A stretch of 64,000 nucleotides of DNA from Patescibacteria group bacterium (GTDB lineage: Bacteria; Patescibacteriota; Patescibacteriia; 2-12-FULL-57-11). The stretch spans positions 188,594-252,593 of the forward strand of contig SCUL01000002.1 in assembly GCA_004297205.1 (NCBI GenBank). Direction: 5' to 3'. The notes beneath the pieces are model-generated. The model was not told the DNA's origin and ran no database searches. It was given only the letters and a program-made list of their open reading frames with translations. The position numbers and the translations under genes are program-made. Below, piece by piece: positions 1 through 9,730 of this stretch (within the stretch, counting starts at the first letter, position 1; each line of letters starts with the position of its first letter).

Positions 1-115
1 AACGCACGCCCATACGCAGAGTCATCCCAATGGAGAGATGCCTGAGACTCCATAGGCGGACACGCAGGGCGAACAGCGGATTCATCTCGTAAGGACGGGG
101 TACGCTACTCCGGGC

Positions 116-1330
116 CTACTCGTACCGCAAGGCATCGATCGGATTGAGGCGGGAGGCGCGCCGCGCCGGAGAAATGCCGAAGACGAGGCCGGTACCCGCA
201 GCCACCACGAACGAGATGACCACGGCTTCCGGAGAGATCGCGAACTCCCAGCCGTCCTGGAACTGCGCGATCGCGACCGATGCCAGGAACGCGGCGCCGA
301 TGCCCAGCCCGATGCCGAGCAATCCGCCGACGCCGGTCAGGACCACCGCTTCGGACAGAAACTGCCGCTGGATGTCACGCCGCGTCGCACCCACGGCCAT
401 GCGCAAACCGATCTCGCGCGTCCGCTCGGTGACGGAGACCAGCATGATGTTCATGATCCCGATGCCGCCGACGACGAGCGAAATGCCGGCCACCGCCGTC
501 AGGAACAGGGTCAGCGCCAACGTCACGGACGAGACGATGGCCGCGGCCTCCTGCGCCGTGGTGATGTGGAAGTCGTCGTCGGCAGGATCCTCGATGCGGT
601 GGCGTTCCCGGATCTTGGCGGTGACGGCCTCCTTGAGCTGGTCCGCGGTGACGCCCGGCGCCGGCGTCAGCATCACGTACGTCAGGTAATCGACGCCGAA
701 CAACTTGTCGGCCGCGGTCTGCAGGAGCACGTAGACGTAGGTGTCGAGGTCCAGGAAGAACTGCGAACCGCGCGGCTCGGCCACGCCGACGACGCGGAAG
801 GCGCGGCGCCCGAGCCGGATTTCCTGGCCGAGCGCGTCGGCCGGAGCACCGAACAGTTCACCGGCGATCTTGCTGCCGAGCACGACCACCGAGGCGCCGG
901 CGTCTTCCGGCGCCAGGAAGACACCGGCTTGCATCTCGAAACTTTCTATCTCGCGCAGGGCGGGCGTGGTGCCGAAGACGGTGGCGTTGACCTGCTCGCC
1001 GCCGGCGTTGGCGACTTCCTCGATGAACAAGACCGGCGCCAGGGCTCCCGTTTCCGGCAACGCGGTCAGCGTCGCCGCGTCCGATTGCTTGAGCGCGGTG
1101 AATGACGCGAGCTGCGAGACACCTTCCGTTCCTCCCGGTTCCAAAAACAACGTATCCGGCCCGAAACTTTCCAGCTCGGAAAGGATGACGCTCTCCGCGC
1201 CCTTGCCGAGGGACAGCATGACGATGACCGCGGCCACGCCGATGATGATGCCGAGCGTGGTCAGCAGGGAGCGGCCCGGTTTCTGCCGCAGGCCGCGCAG
1301 CGCGTCGAGAAAGGCGTCGGTGGTGCGCAT
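116..1330 (-). CDS. MacB/FtsX-like ABC transporter permease
   Basis: RSLLTTLGIIIGVAAV, GGIGIMNIMLVSVTERTREIGLRMAVGA, C-terminal PIDALRYE; start set to ATG 1330. Confidence 0.93.
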   Translation of the reverse strand: MRTTDAFLDALRGLRQKPGRSLLTTLGIIIGVAAVIVMLSLGKGAESVILSELESFGPDTLFLEPGGTEGVSQLASFTALKQSDAATLTALPETGALAPVLFIEEVANAGGEQVNATVFGTTPALREIESFEMQAGVFLAPEDAGASVVVLGSKIAGELFGAPADALGQEIRLGRRAFRVVGVAEPRGSQFFLDLDTYVYVLLQTAADKLFGVDYLTYVMLTPAPGVTADQLKEAVTAKIRERHRIEDPADDDFHITTAQEAAAIVSSVTLALTLFLTAVAGISLVVGGIGIMNIMLVSVTERTREIGLRMAVGATRRDIQRQFLSEAVVLTGVGGLLGIGLGIGAAFLASVAIAQFQDGWEFAISPEAVVISFVVAAGTGLVFGISPARRASRLNPIDALRYE

Positions 1331-1331
1331 A

Positions 1332-2561
1332 TTATTCGAAGCGCAAGGCGACGATCGGATCGAGACGCGAGGCGCGCAACGCCGGATAGAAGCCAAAGGC
1401 CAGGCCCGCCGCCGCGGCCGTCCCGACGGCAAGCAGCACCGCGTCGAGCGGCACCGCGAACAACCAGCCGCTCTGGAAACGCTCGATGATCAACCCGGCC
1501 AGGAACGAGAAGAGCGCGCCGCCGGCCACCCCGATGATGCCCCCGCCGACGGTCAGCAATACGGCCTCGGCCAGAAATTGTCCGAGCACGTCGCGCCGTG
1601 CCGCGCCCACCGCCATGCGCAAACCGATCTCGCGCGTCCGCTCGGTGACGGAGACCAGCATGATGTTCATGATGCCGATACCGCCGACCAGGAGCGACAC
1701 GGATGCGATGGCCGTCAGGAACAAGGTCAGCACCGTGGCGATGCTGCCGAAGACGGCCGCCGCTTCCACCGAGCTGCCAACGCGGAAATCGTCCTTGGCG
1801 GTGTCGCCGGTGGGATTGGCGATGCCGTGCAGGTCGCGCATTTCGAGCCGCAGCTCCTCCTGCGCGGCAGGCACGGGAATGGCGGCCACGCCGGCGATGA
1901 AGTTCACGTAATCCGGCGCGGACAGCTCCTTGCGCATGGCCGTGATCGGAATGTAGATGCGCTCGTCGAGATTCTGGAAAAACTGGGTGCCCTGCGGCGC
2001 GACCACCCCGACCACCGTGAAACTCTTGCGGTTGAGGCGGATGCGCTCGCCGAGAGGATCGCGGTCGCCGAACAGGTCCGTGGCGATCTGCGTGCCGATC
2101 ACCGCGACGCTGCGCGCGGCGTCCAGGTCGTCGTCCGTGAAGAAGCCGCCTTCCGCCATGCGCAGGTTGTTGACGGCCGCGATGTCCGACGTGGTGCCGT
2201 TCAGGCTGACGGTCTTTTTTTCGCTGCCGAAGGTGGCGCTGACCTCGAGCAGCGACACCGGCGCGATCGCGGACAGCACGTCGGTGCGCCGGCGGATGGC
2301 CTGCCAGTCGCGGTACTTGATGGTGGTGAGCGCGCCGGGACGCGGCGGACCGGATTCGCCGCCGCCGGGCTGGATGAAAATGGTATTCGGACCGAAGCTC
2401 GACACCTGTCCCAGGATGAGACCTTCGGCGCCCTTGCCGAGGGACAGCATGACGATCACCGAACCGATGCCGATGACGATGCCGAGCGCGGCCAGCAGCG
2501 AGCGGAAGAGGTTCTGCCGCAACCCGACCGCCGCGGTGCGGACCACGTCGGTGAATCGCAT
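1332..2561 (-). CDS. MacB/FtsX-like ABC transporter permease (paralog)
   Basis: Same motifs, ends PIVALRFE; start MRFTDVV at 2561. Confidence 0.93.
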   Translation of the reverse strand: MRFTDVVRTAAVGLRQNLFRSLLAALGIVIGIGSVIVMLSLGKGAEGLILGQVSSFGPNTIFIQPGGGESGPPRPGALTTIKYRDWQAIRRRTDVLSAIAPVSLLEVSATFGSEKKTVSLNGTTSDIAAVNNLRMAEGGFFTDDDLDAARSVAVIGTQIATDLFGDRDPLGERIRLNRKSFTVVGVVAPQGTQFFQNLDERIYIPITAMRKELSAPDYVNFIAGVAAIPVPAAQEELRLEMRDLHGIANPTGDTAKDDFRVGSSVEAAAVFGSIATVLTLFLTAIASVSLLVGGIGIMNIMLVSVTERTREIGLRMAVGAARRDVLGQFLAEAVLLTVGGGIIGVAGGALFSFLAGLIIERFQSGWLFAVPLDAVLLAVGTAAAAGLAFGFYPALRASRLDPIVALRFE

Positions 2562-2562
2562 A

Positions 2563-3288
2563 TCATTTGCCGAGCTCGCCGTTGTCGTCGGCGGCCCGGC
2601 GGCGGTTCGTGACCTTCTCGTCGGACAAAATCTGGCCGTCGCGGATGCGGATGATGCGTTCGGCGTGTTCGGCCGTGGCCGTCTCATGCGTCACGACGAT
2701 GATGGTGCGCCCGGCGCGGTGCAGCTCGTCCAAGAGCGCCATCACTTGCGCGCCGGATTTGGAGTCGAGGTTGCCGGTCGGCTCGTCCGCGAAAAGCACC
2801 TGGGGGTCGGCGACGAACGCGCGGGCGATGGCCACGCGCTGCTTCTCGCCGCCGGACAGCTTCACCGCCGGATAATCGCGCCGGTGCGACAGGCCGACGG
2901 CCTCGACCGCGGCGACGGCCTTGGTGTGCCGTTCGGTCGCGGACAGGCTGTCGTAGCCGAGCGGCAACATGACGTTCTCGAGCACCGTCATCTTCGGCAG
3001 CAGGAAGAACGCCTGGAAGACGAAGCCGACCTGGGTGCGGCGCATGTGCGCCAGCTCCGCGTCGGACAAGCGGCTGACGTCGATGCCGTTGAAGTGGTAG
3101 GAACCGTCGGTCAGCGTGTCCAGGAAGCCCAGGATGTGCATGAGCGTCGACTTCCCGGAGCCGGACGGACCCATGATGGCCACGAACTCCCCTTTCTCGA
3201 TGACCAGATCGACGCCCTTCAAGACCGGCGTCAGCTGGTCGCCGGACACGTAGTCTTTCCGCAGGTCGTGGATGTCGATGAGACTCAT
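2563..3288 (-). CDS. ABC transporter ATP-binding protein (MacB/LolD family)
   Basis: Walker A GPSGSGKST, LSGGEKQR signature, ADEPTGNLD, VTHE. Confidence 0.96.
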   Translation of the reverse strand: MSLIDIHDLRKDYVSGDQLTPVLKGVDLVIEKGEFVAIMGPSGSGKSTLMHILGFLDTLTDGSYHFNGIDVSRLSDAELAHMRRTQVGFVFQAFFLLPKMTVLENVMLPLGYDSLSATERHTKAVAAVEAVGLSHRRDYPAVKLSGGEKQRVAIARAFVADPQVLFADEPTGNLDSKSGAQVMALLDELHRAGRTIIVVTHETATAEHAERIIRIRDGQILSDEKVTNRRRAADDNGELGK

Positions 3289-5300
3289 GTCGCGGGCCGG
3301 ATGCTGACGACGATCGTTTCGCCTTCCAGCAGCCCGGCCACGATTTCGACCGTGCCCTGGTCGCCGCGCTCGCCGAGGGTGACGGCGCGCTCTTCGATCG
3401 TGTTGTCCGCCTTGAGCACGCGGACCACGCGCGCGCCCGCGACTTCGCGCACGGCGCGGAACGGGACGATCAGCGCGTTCTCACGGCGCGTGCCGGAGAG
3501 CACCACCGTCGCGGTCATGCCCGGCTTCACGTCCGGCGAACTCTCGGACAAGGCGATGCGCACTTTGTAATAGACGACGTCCTGGATGACCGTCTCGGCC
3601 GGATTCACGGAGATCACGTTTCCCGTGAACGGGCGGTCCGGCCCCAGCGCGTCAAACGTCGCGACCAGCTCCTGGCCGACACGGACGTGGATGATGTCGT
3701 TCTCGGAAATGTCGGCTTCGATTTCGGCGTTGATGCCGAGCATGGTCACGGCCGACGTGGACTGCACGGAGCCGGAGGCGGAAATGCGCGGCACGGCGTC
3801 CTCGCCGGTCGAAACGGCCACGTCGGTGACGATGCCGTCGGCCGGCGCGATGATGCGGGCCTTGCGCAAGCCTTCTTCGGCGATGGCCAGCGAGGCGCGC
3901 GCTTCTTCCACGGACGCCTCGAGCGGGGCGCGGTCCACGGCGCGCAGGCCGGCCTTCTTCAGGTCGAGCGCGGCCACGGCGCCGTCGCGCGCGGCCGACA
4001 TCACGGCCACGGCGGCGCGCTGGGACAGCACCTGCGTCTCGGCGTCGAGCTTGGCGGTTTCCAAGTCGAACTTGGCCTGGGTCAAGTCGATCTCGGCGTC
4101 CTCCACGGCCGCCGCGTCGGTGTTCACGGCGTTGGCGTTCTCGATCTTGGTCGAAGCGATGGTGCTGCGGTCGGCCAAGACCGTGCCGTAGTCGGTGGCC
4201 ACGGTGGTGCGGTCCGTCGTCAGGGTCGTCTTCTTGGTGTTGAGCTCGGACAGCGTGAGCTGGGACGACGGCGCGGTGGCGTCGAGCACGGCGCGGGTCT
4301 TGGACAGCGCGTCGAAGACCGCTTCGCTGGCCGCGAGCACCGGTGCAAAGGCCGCATCGATGACCGGCTGTCCGGCCGAGCCGAACCCCTGCACGGCGCG
4401 TTCGGCCGCCGCCTGTTTTTCCTTGGCGGTGCGGTAGGCGCCCTTGGCCGTCTCGATGCTGGCCGGGTTCTGCGACCCCAGGATGGATTCAAAGGCGTCA
4501 TTGGCGGACGTGCTGTCGATGCCGAGCAGGAGGTCCATGTCGTTCATGGACGTGGAGAAGCTGACCACCGCCTTGAGGAGGTCGGCGCGCGCCGTGTCGT
4601 AGCGTTTGGCAAGCGTCTCCGCGGCCAGCCGGGCGTGGTCGTCGCGCTCGCGCTTGGCCTGGACGAGCGCCGTATCCTTGGACCGGACGTCGAGCTCGGC
4701 GTTGTTCACGTCGAGCGCGGAAGTGCGTTCCGTATTGGCGAGCGTGGTGCGCGCTTCGGACAGATTGGCGTCGGCTTTGGCGACTTCGGCTTCGCTGACG
4801 CGGATCGCTTCGGGCGACTCCCCGGCCGCCTTCTGGTTGAGGGTGGCGACGGCCACGGCCAGCTGGGCGCGGGCGCGGCGCACTTCGATGTCGATGTCGG
4901 TGACGTCGAGCTCGGCCAGAACCTGTCCGGTCGTCACGGCGTCCCCGACTTTGACGAAGACGTCTTTGACGCGGCCGGAGGTGTCGAAGTCGAGCGAAAA
5001 CTCGGACGCGGCTTTGACCGCGCCGGTGGCTTCCACGGTGCGCTCCAGCGTGCCGCGGCGGACCACGGCGGTTTCGTAGGTGTCCTTCGCGGCCGGACGA
5101 CGGCTCCAGGCGAAGGCGCCGGCGGCGGCGAGCGCAATCGCGCCGACGACAACCGCCGCCGTGATCAGCTGGCGTTTCGTGAAACGGCGCTTGGATTTGC
5201 GGGGAACGACGTGGGTGTGCCCGGCGGGTGCGTGGGGATCCATAGGAGCGCCCATCGTAGGCCGCTTGTGCCCCGGGGTCAATCCATTATTGCCGTTCAT
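3285..5300 (-). CDS. Membrane-fusion/adaptor protein (MacA/HlyD family) with very long coiled coil
   Basis: N-terminal TM, lipoyl halves (SGRVKDVFVKVGDAV; IIAPADGIV), KPGMTA, GLLEGE; start uncertain. Confidence 0.88.
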   Translation of the reverse strand: MNGNNGLTPGHKRPTMGAPMDPHAPAGHTHVVPRKSKRRFTKRQLITAAVVVGAIALAAAGAFAWSRRPAAKDTYETAVVRRGTLERTVEATGAVKAASEFSLDFDTSGRVKDVFVKVGDAVTTGQVLAELDVTDIDIEVRRARAQLAVAVATLNQKAAGESPEAIRVSEAEVAKADANLSEARTTLANTERTSALDVNNAELDVRSKDTALVQAKRERDDHARLAAETLAKRYDTARADLLKAVVSFSTSMNDMDLLLGIDSTSANDAFESILGSQNPASIETAKGAYRTAKEKQAAAERAVQGFGSAGQPVIDAAFAPVLAASEAVFDALSKTRAVLDATAPSSQLTLSELNTKKTTLTTDRTTVATDYGTVLADRSTIASTKIENANAVNTDAAAVEDAEIDLTQAKFDLETAKLDAETQVLSQRAAVAVMSAARDGAVAALDLKKAGLRAVDRAPLEASVEEARASLAIAEEGLRKARIIAPADGIVTDVAVSTGEDAVPRISASGSVQSTSAVTMLGINAEIEADISENDIIHVRVGQELVATFDALGPDRPFTGNVISVNPAETVIQDVVYYKVRIALSESSPDVKPGMTATVVLSGTRRENALIVPFRAVREVAGARVVRVLKADNTIEERAVTLGERGDQGTVEIVAGLLEGETIVVSIRPAT

Positions 5301-5805
5301 AGACGTAGACGTGGTCGCGCACCGCGAGCGGTTTCCACGTCGGCAGCGGGAAGGCGTTGACGACGACCCGGCCGCCCGGTTTGAGTTCGCGCTCCAGTTT
5401 TTTCTCCACCTTGGCCATCAGCGACGGCAGGAGATAGCAAAAAATCACGTCGTAGTCGCCGAGCGCGGCGCGCTGGAACGGCCGGGTGCGGAAACCGACG
5501 CGCCGGCCGAGGCCCGCCTTCCACGCCATGACCCGGGCGCGCAACGTCAAAAACGGATTCACTTCGTAGCCCACGGCGTCAGCACCGAGCGCGGCGGCGG
5601 AGATGACCAGCCGTCCGTCGCCGGAGCCGAGGTCGGCCACTTTCTCTCCCGGCTGGATGCGGGACATGCGCAGCATCATGCGGACGCGTTCGTCCGTCGA
5701 CGGCACGTACGGCGCGCCCGCGACAATCGACACCAGGTGGGTTCCCAGGTGCCAGGTGGCGATAAGCAGCAGCGCCGCCAGAAGCAGCTCGGCGATCACG
5801 AGCAT
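5287..5805 (-). CDS. Class I SAM-dependent methyltransferase (FAM173-like) with N-terminal TM
   Basis: GAPYVPS, DLGSGDGR, GYEVNP, FCYLLP, ELKPG. Confidence 0.88.
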   Translation of the reverse strand: MLVIAELLLAALLLIATWHLGTHLVSIVAGAPYVPSTDERVRMMLRMSRIQPGEKVADLGSGDGRLVISAAALGADAVGYEVNPFLTLRARVMAWKAGLGRRVGFRTRPFQRAALGDYDVIFCYLLPSLMAKVEKKLERELKPGGRVVVNAFPLPTWKPLAVRDHVYVYERQ

Positions 5806-5886
5806 AACCGTCCGCAAGTGTACCACGCGCCGCTCCCCCCGCGAACGTCAGCCAAAAGAAAAAGCGGCAGCCGACGGACGGTGCCG

Positions 5887-6942
5887 CTACGCGAAGAGGT
5901 CGCGCTCCCCCGGTTCGATGCCGACGACCGAGGGGTGGATGCCGAGCTTGTCGATCTCCTTGAAGAACGTCGCGGGCGGGACCTTCCCGGTCCGGTATCG
6001 CTCCGCATGATACAGCGCATGCAGGCGCGGCCATTGGCTGAGCAGCTCACGGAGTTCGTCTTCCGTACTGCCGACGTCCTGGGGACGGAAGCCGCTCTTC
6101 CGCAATTCCGCGATGATGTCACGCGGGGGCGAGTGCTGAGCTTCCCCCTTCCGCAGACTGAGGATGAAGTCGGTGAAATACTGCGGCGACGGCCGCCAAT
6201 GCCGGGAGGCCTCGCCCTTCCGTTCGACCTCCTCGAGCTCTCCGGGCTCGAGCCCGAGATCCGCGTCGCTCAGGCCGAACCGCTGCTTGCATCCCAGGTA
6301 GTACCGCGTGCCGAAACTCAGGGAATCCCCCCGCTTCGCGTCTGCGATCTCCTGCCGCAGATACGGCAACGCCGTCTCCCGCAGGAACGATCGGTAGTCC
6401 TGTTCCGTCCCAAAGCCGAAGTCCTGCACCGACTGGCCTGATCTCTGCATGAAACCATCGAGTTCATACAGGACCACGAATTGCCTGCCGTTGATGCCGC
6501 CGCGCGCGACCGCGGCACGGACCGTGGCGATGGTCTTACGGGCACGCGCCGCGCACCCCTGACGCTGCAACGCCTCCAGCTCCTGGAGCGTGGTGCCAAT
6601 CAGGTGCGGCGGGATGCCGTATCTGCGCATGGCCGCACGCAGCGGCCTGATGGTCCCGGTCACATCCCCGCGTTGGGCCGCGGTACGCACCCGGATGACC
6701 TGCCTGCGCAGCGGGCGAAGGAACGCCTGCATGGCGATGGCATGGAGATCGATGTCATCCCTCAGCGTCAGGACTCCCACCGCGGCCAACCGCCAGATGA
6801 TCCCGGTCATCTCGTGGATCGTCTGCAGCGTGAACTTCGGCACCACGCGTCCGTTCGGTTCGAGGAGGTGCTGGAAGGCGCCCTCCACCTCGTGATCCGA
6901 GAGCGCTTGCCGCGCCTGCTCCGTATGTGTTTTCTTCGCCAT
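5887..6942 (-). CDS. Hypothetical protein with five internal repeats
   Basis: AGGAGGTG SD before ATG 6942; recurring G-hydrophobic-x-P-x3-G-x4-EL motif. Confidence 0.75.
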   Translation of the reverse strand: MAKKTHTEQARQALSDHEVEGAFQHLLEPNGRVVPKFTLQTIHEMTGIIWRLAAVGVLTLRDDIDLHAIAMQAFLRPLRRQVIRVRTAAQRGDVTGTIRPLRAAMRRYGIPPHLIGTTLQELEALQRQGCAARARKTIATVRAAVARGGINGRQFVVLYELDGFMQRSGQSVQDFGFGTEQDYRSFLRETALPYLRQEIADAKRGDSLSFGTRYYLGCKQRFGLSDADLGLEPGELEEVERKGEASRHWRPSPQYFTDFILSLRKGEAQHSPPRDIIAELRKSGFRPQDVGSTEDELRELLSQWPRLHALYHAERYRTGKVPPATFFKEIDKLGIHPSVVGIEPGERDLFA

Positions 6943-7036
6943 GATCACCTCCTTTTTGGGACATGGCGATGCAGCTCTACCACTTTTTCGGCTTTTCGTC
7001 AACCTCATGCCCGTTCGATTCCCCAACGCCAATACG

Positions 7037-7070
7037 AAAGACGCCGCCACCACAATGGTGACGGCGTCTT
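7037..7070 (-). terminator. Hairpin immediately 3' of tRNA-Glu
   Basis: AAAGACGCCG...CGGCGTCTTT inverted repeat. Confidence 0.65.
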
Positions 7071-7145
7071 TGGTAGCCCCAAGGGGAATCGAACCCCTCT
7101 TTCTTGGATGAGAACCAAGTGTCCTAGCCGATAGACGATGGGGCC
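7071..7145 (-). tRNA. tRNA-Glu(CTC)
   Basis: GGCCCCATCGTCTATCGGCTAGGAC, anticodon arm CTTGG-TTCTCAT-CCAAG, GGTTCGATTCC, encoded CCA. Confidence 0.96.
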
Positions 7146-7241
7146 GCGGAATGCGCGGGAAAGATAGCAACAGAGGCCGCTCTTGACAAGGACCGAGGAC
7201 GCTTCCCAAGGCGTGTTCCTTCCGGAAATAACCCTGACGTT

Positions 7242-7880
7242 CTATTCAATCACTCGATCGGTGAACACCACCAACCGCTTGGCATATTGTTTGGCACGTT
7301 TATCCCAGGCCCCGATGCAAGTAATCAGGTTGAGGTGCGCTTTTTTGTCATCTGACGTGAAGACCTCGGTCGCGTCCGCCGCAGCGTCGAGAATGCGGAG
7401 TTCACGAACCACGAAGGAAATGACCGCTCCTGTATCATCCTGGACGGTGACGGTATCGCCCGGCATGAGTTTGTGCAGGTTGGCAAACGCCCCGGTCTCG
7501 CCGCCCCACCAGTTGACGTGTCCTGCGATGGCCGCGCTCCCCCTTTCGCCTGGATGAGGGCCCAACTCATACCAGGCGGTGTTGAGAGGATCCTTGGGCA
7601 CATCCATTGATCCATCCGCCGCCACAGCGACCTTCTCGACCGCCGCGTCGACGGCAATGCTGGGAATCATGATGCGCTCGGGCAGACCGATGTTTTCCAC
7701 GGCAGCCGCAGCAATGATCGGGACAGGTTCAACGGCGGCGGGAGCGGCGGTGCTTTGGACGGGCGATGCATCAAACCCGAGGACGTACCAGCTTGGAACG
7801 CCGAATACCGCGATTGCGGCGACGGATATCCCAAGCGTCTTGATGTGCCGTCGATGGGCTGCTTTTTTCTTCTTGCGCAT
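7242..7880 (-). CDS. Class F sortase
   Basis: N-terminal TM, PERIMIPSI, AIAGHV (His), LITC (Cys), KRLVV (Arg). Confidence 0.92.
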   Translation of the reverse strand: MRKKKKAAHRRHIKTLGISVAAIAVFGVPSWYVLGFDASPVQSTAAPAAVEPVPIIAAAAVENIGLPERIMIPSIAVDAAVEKVAVAADGSMDVPKDPLNTAWYELGPHPGERGSAAIAGHVNWWGGETGAFANLHKLMPGDTVTVQDDTGAVISFVVRELRILDAAADATEVFTSDDKKAHLNLITCIGAWDKRAKQYAKRLVVFTDRVIE

Positions 7881-7948
7881 ACACCCCGTAACAGAAGAGC
7901 CGGACGACAGGCGTGCGGCTCTTCGTTGCGAATGCTTCTGAGGATCAA

Positions 7949-9730
7949 CTACTCGGTCTGCTTCTTCCGCAGTCCGTAGAGGATGAGCGAAGCGCCGCAG
8001 ATGCCGAGCGCGGCGGCCAGCCACACGAGGGCGCTGCCTGCCGGAGCGGCGCCCGTGACGGGCAAGGCCGGAACGGCCGCGGCCACGACGACGGTGGCCA
8101 GCGCGAAGTCTCTGGCGATCATGCCATTGGCATCACCGGCCGCGGTGGCGGTGTTGATCGTTGTACTCGTCAGGTTCGTCCGGCAGGTGTAGATCCAGGA
8201 CTCCGAAGGATCCAGCAGCGAATTGCCGTTGGTGTCGCCGGAAGTGAAGGACACCGGGCCGCACTTATCATCCGCGACGCGGACGTTTCGAAGCGGCACC
8301 GTTCCCGGATTCGTGACGGTTTTGGTATAGGTCACCATGCCCCCGGCTGCATTCAGCGTCAGCGGACTCGGCACTTTCGTGATGTGGATGAGTGGCGGCA
8401 CGAGCGGCGCGCCGACTACGACCGTGGCGCTGGCAATGTCGGTGGCGCTGACGCCGTTGGCCCAGCCGGTGGCCACGACGGTGTTGGTGTGCGTTGCCGT
8501 GAGGTTCGTGGTGCAGGTGTGCACCCATACCTCGTCTGTCTCCAGAACGGCGTTGCCGTTGGTGTCGCCGGATTGCAGGACGATCGGACTGCAGGTATCG
8601 CCGACCAAGGTGACGTTGGTCATCGGCACCACGCCGATGTTGCGGACCGTGTAGGTGTACGTCACGGGTCCGGGTCCGGCCGGCAGAGCCAAGGGACTGG
8701 GGACTTTGATCACGTCGATGATCGGCGGGATGACCGGCACTGCGGCCGCGCCGATGTCGTTATTGGTGATGATGCAGAACTTATGGTCACCCGGAAGGAG
8801 GAAAGCGTTGCCGTTGACGTCGCAATCGCCGGAGAAGGTGCGGGTGTAGTTGGGATTGGAAGTTTCCGTCACCACGTAGGGCATGCCCGTCAGCGGAAAC
8901 GTGTAGGTCACGCCGGAGTCGACCGGCGTTCCGTTCACGAACAACGGGAAGTCGGCGACGATGTTGGTACGACCATTGTCGTTGATGACCGTTTTGACGA
9001 CGTTGAGCGTTGCTCCCTCGGTTGTCCCTGAGGGGGCAGCAGGAGGAGCCGCCGCCGCGCACACCGGTTCAGTTATTTGGTTGGCGATCAACGTCACTTG
9101 CGTTTTAGCCAGGGCCCGACCTTTCAAGCTTGCACCTGATCCGAGCGAGATAAGCCCTGTCTGCGTAATGATCGTTCCTTCAATCACCGAACCGGCACCA
9201 ATCGTCATGGAGGTCGGGATCTGCCAAAAAACGTTGCACGCAGTGGCTCCATTGATCAAATTCACCACTGCCGCGCCAGAGGTTGAGATGCTCGACGAGC
9301 TTCGGAAGATATAGACACCAGCTCCATCGAGCGTGAGGGTGCCGTTCAGCGCCGTGGCTCCCACGGTATACACGCCTGGCGTGACATTGCCGCCCCCGTC
9401 CAGGTCAAGGGCTCCGGTAGCCCCCTGAGCCGCTAATGCGTCGTACGCCGCGGAGGCGGCAGCGGCAACTCCGGCTCCGACATCTATCACTCCATCCACC
9501 TGCGTCGCATCATCAAGGTTCGTGGCGCCCAAGCCATTGTGACCGACGTTTCCCCAGACGTGAGTCGTCGCGGAAAGATCGTTCGTCACCCCCGCGTCAC
9601 CATACACCGAATAGGTGGCAGCTGCTCCAAGATCTGGCGCCGTTGCCGCGGACACGCTGATCGGCCCAGCCAGACCAAGCACCAAGGAAAGCGCCGCCAC
9701 GCTCCCCGCAATCCGTTTCAATCTCCTCAT
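7949..9730 (-). CDS. Secreted DUF3494 (ice-binding-like) protein with Ig-like stalk and LPVTG sorting signal
   Basis: Signal peptide; TPGVY, GTLTLDG..VYIF, GATACNVFWQ, GRALA; two VTYT.TV.N.G repeats; LPVTG-TM-RKK tail. Confidence 0.9.
   Translation of the reverse strand: MRRLKRIAGSVAALSLVLGLAGPISVSAATAPDLGAAATYSVYGDAGVTNDLSATTHVWGNVGHNGLGATNLDDATQVDGVIDVGAGVAAAASAAYDALAAQGATGALDLDGGGNVTPGVYTVGATALNGTLTLDGAGVYIFRSSSSISTSGAAVVNLINGATACNVFWQIPTSMTIGAGSVIEGTIITQTGLISLGSGASLKGRALAKTQVTLIANQITEPVCAAAAPPAAPSGTTEGATLNVVKTVINDNGRTNIVADFPLFVNGTPVDSGVTYTFPLTGMPYVVTETSNPNYTRTFSGDCDVNGNAFLLPGDHKFCIITNNDIGAAAVPVIPPIIDVIKVPSPLALPAGPGPVTYTYTVRNIGVVPMTNVTLVGDTCSPIVLQSGDTNGNAVLETDEVWVHTCTTNLTATHTNTVVATGWANGVSATDIASATVVVGAPLVPPLIHITKVPSPLTLNAAGGMVTYTKTVTNPGTVPLRNVRVADDKCGPVSFTSGDTNGNSLLDPSESWIYTCRTNLTSTTINTATAAGDANGMIARDFALATVVVAAAVPALPVTGAAPAGSALVWLAAALGICGASLILYGLRKKQTE

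Noticed and set aside
1..85. Possible 5' end of a minus-strand gene at the window edge
   Set aside because: Two candidate frames and too little sequence to call
6943..7209. N-terminal extension of ORF 5887..7209
   Set aside because: Runs through tRNA-Glu and its hairpin; a strong SD supports the start at 6942
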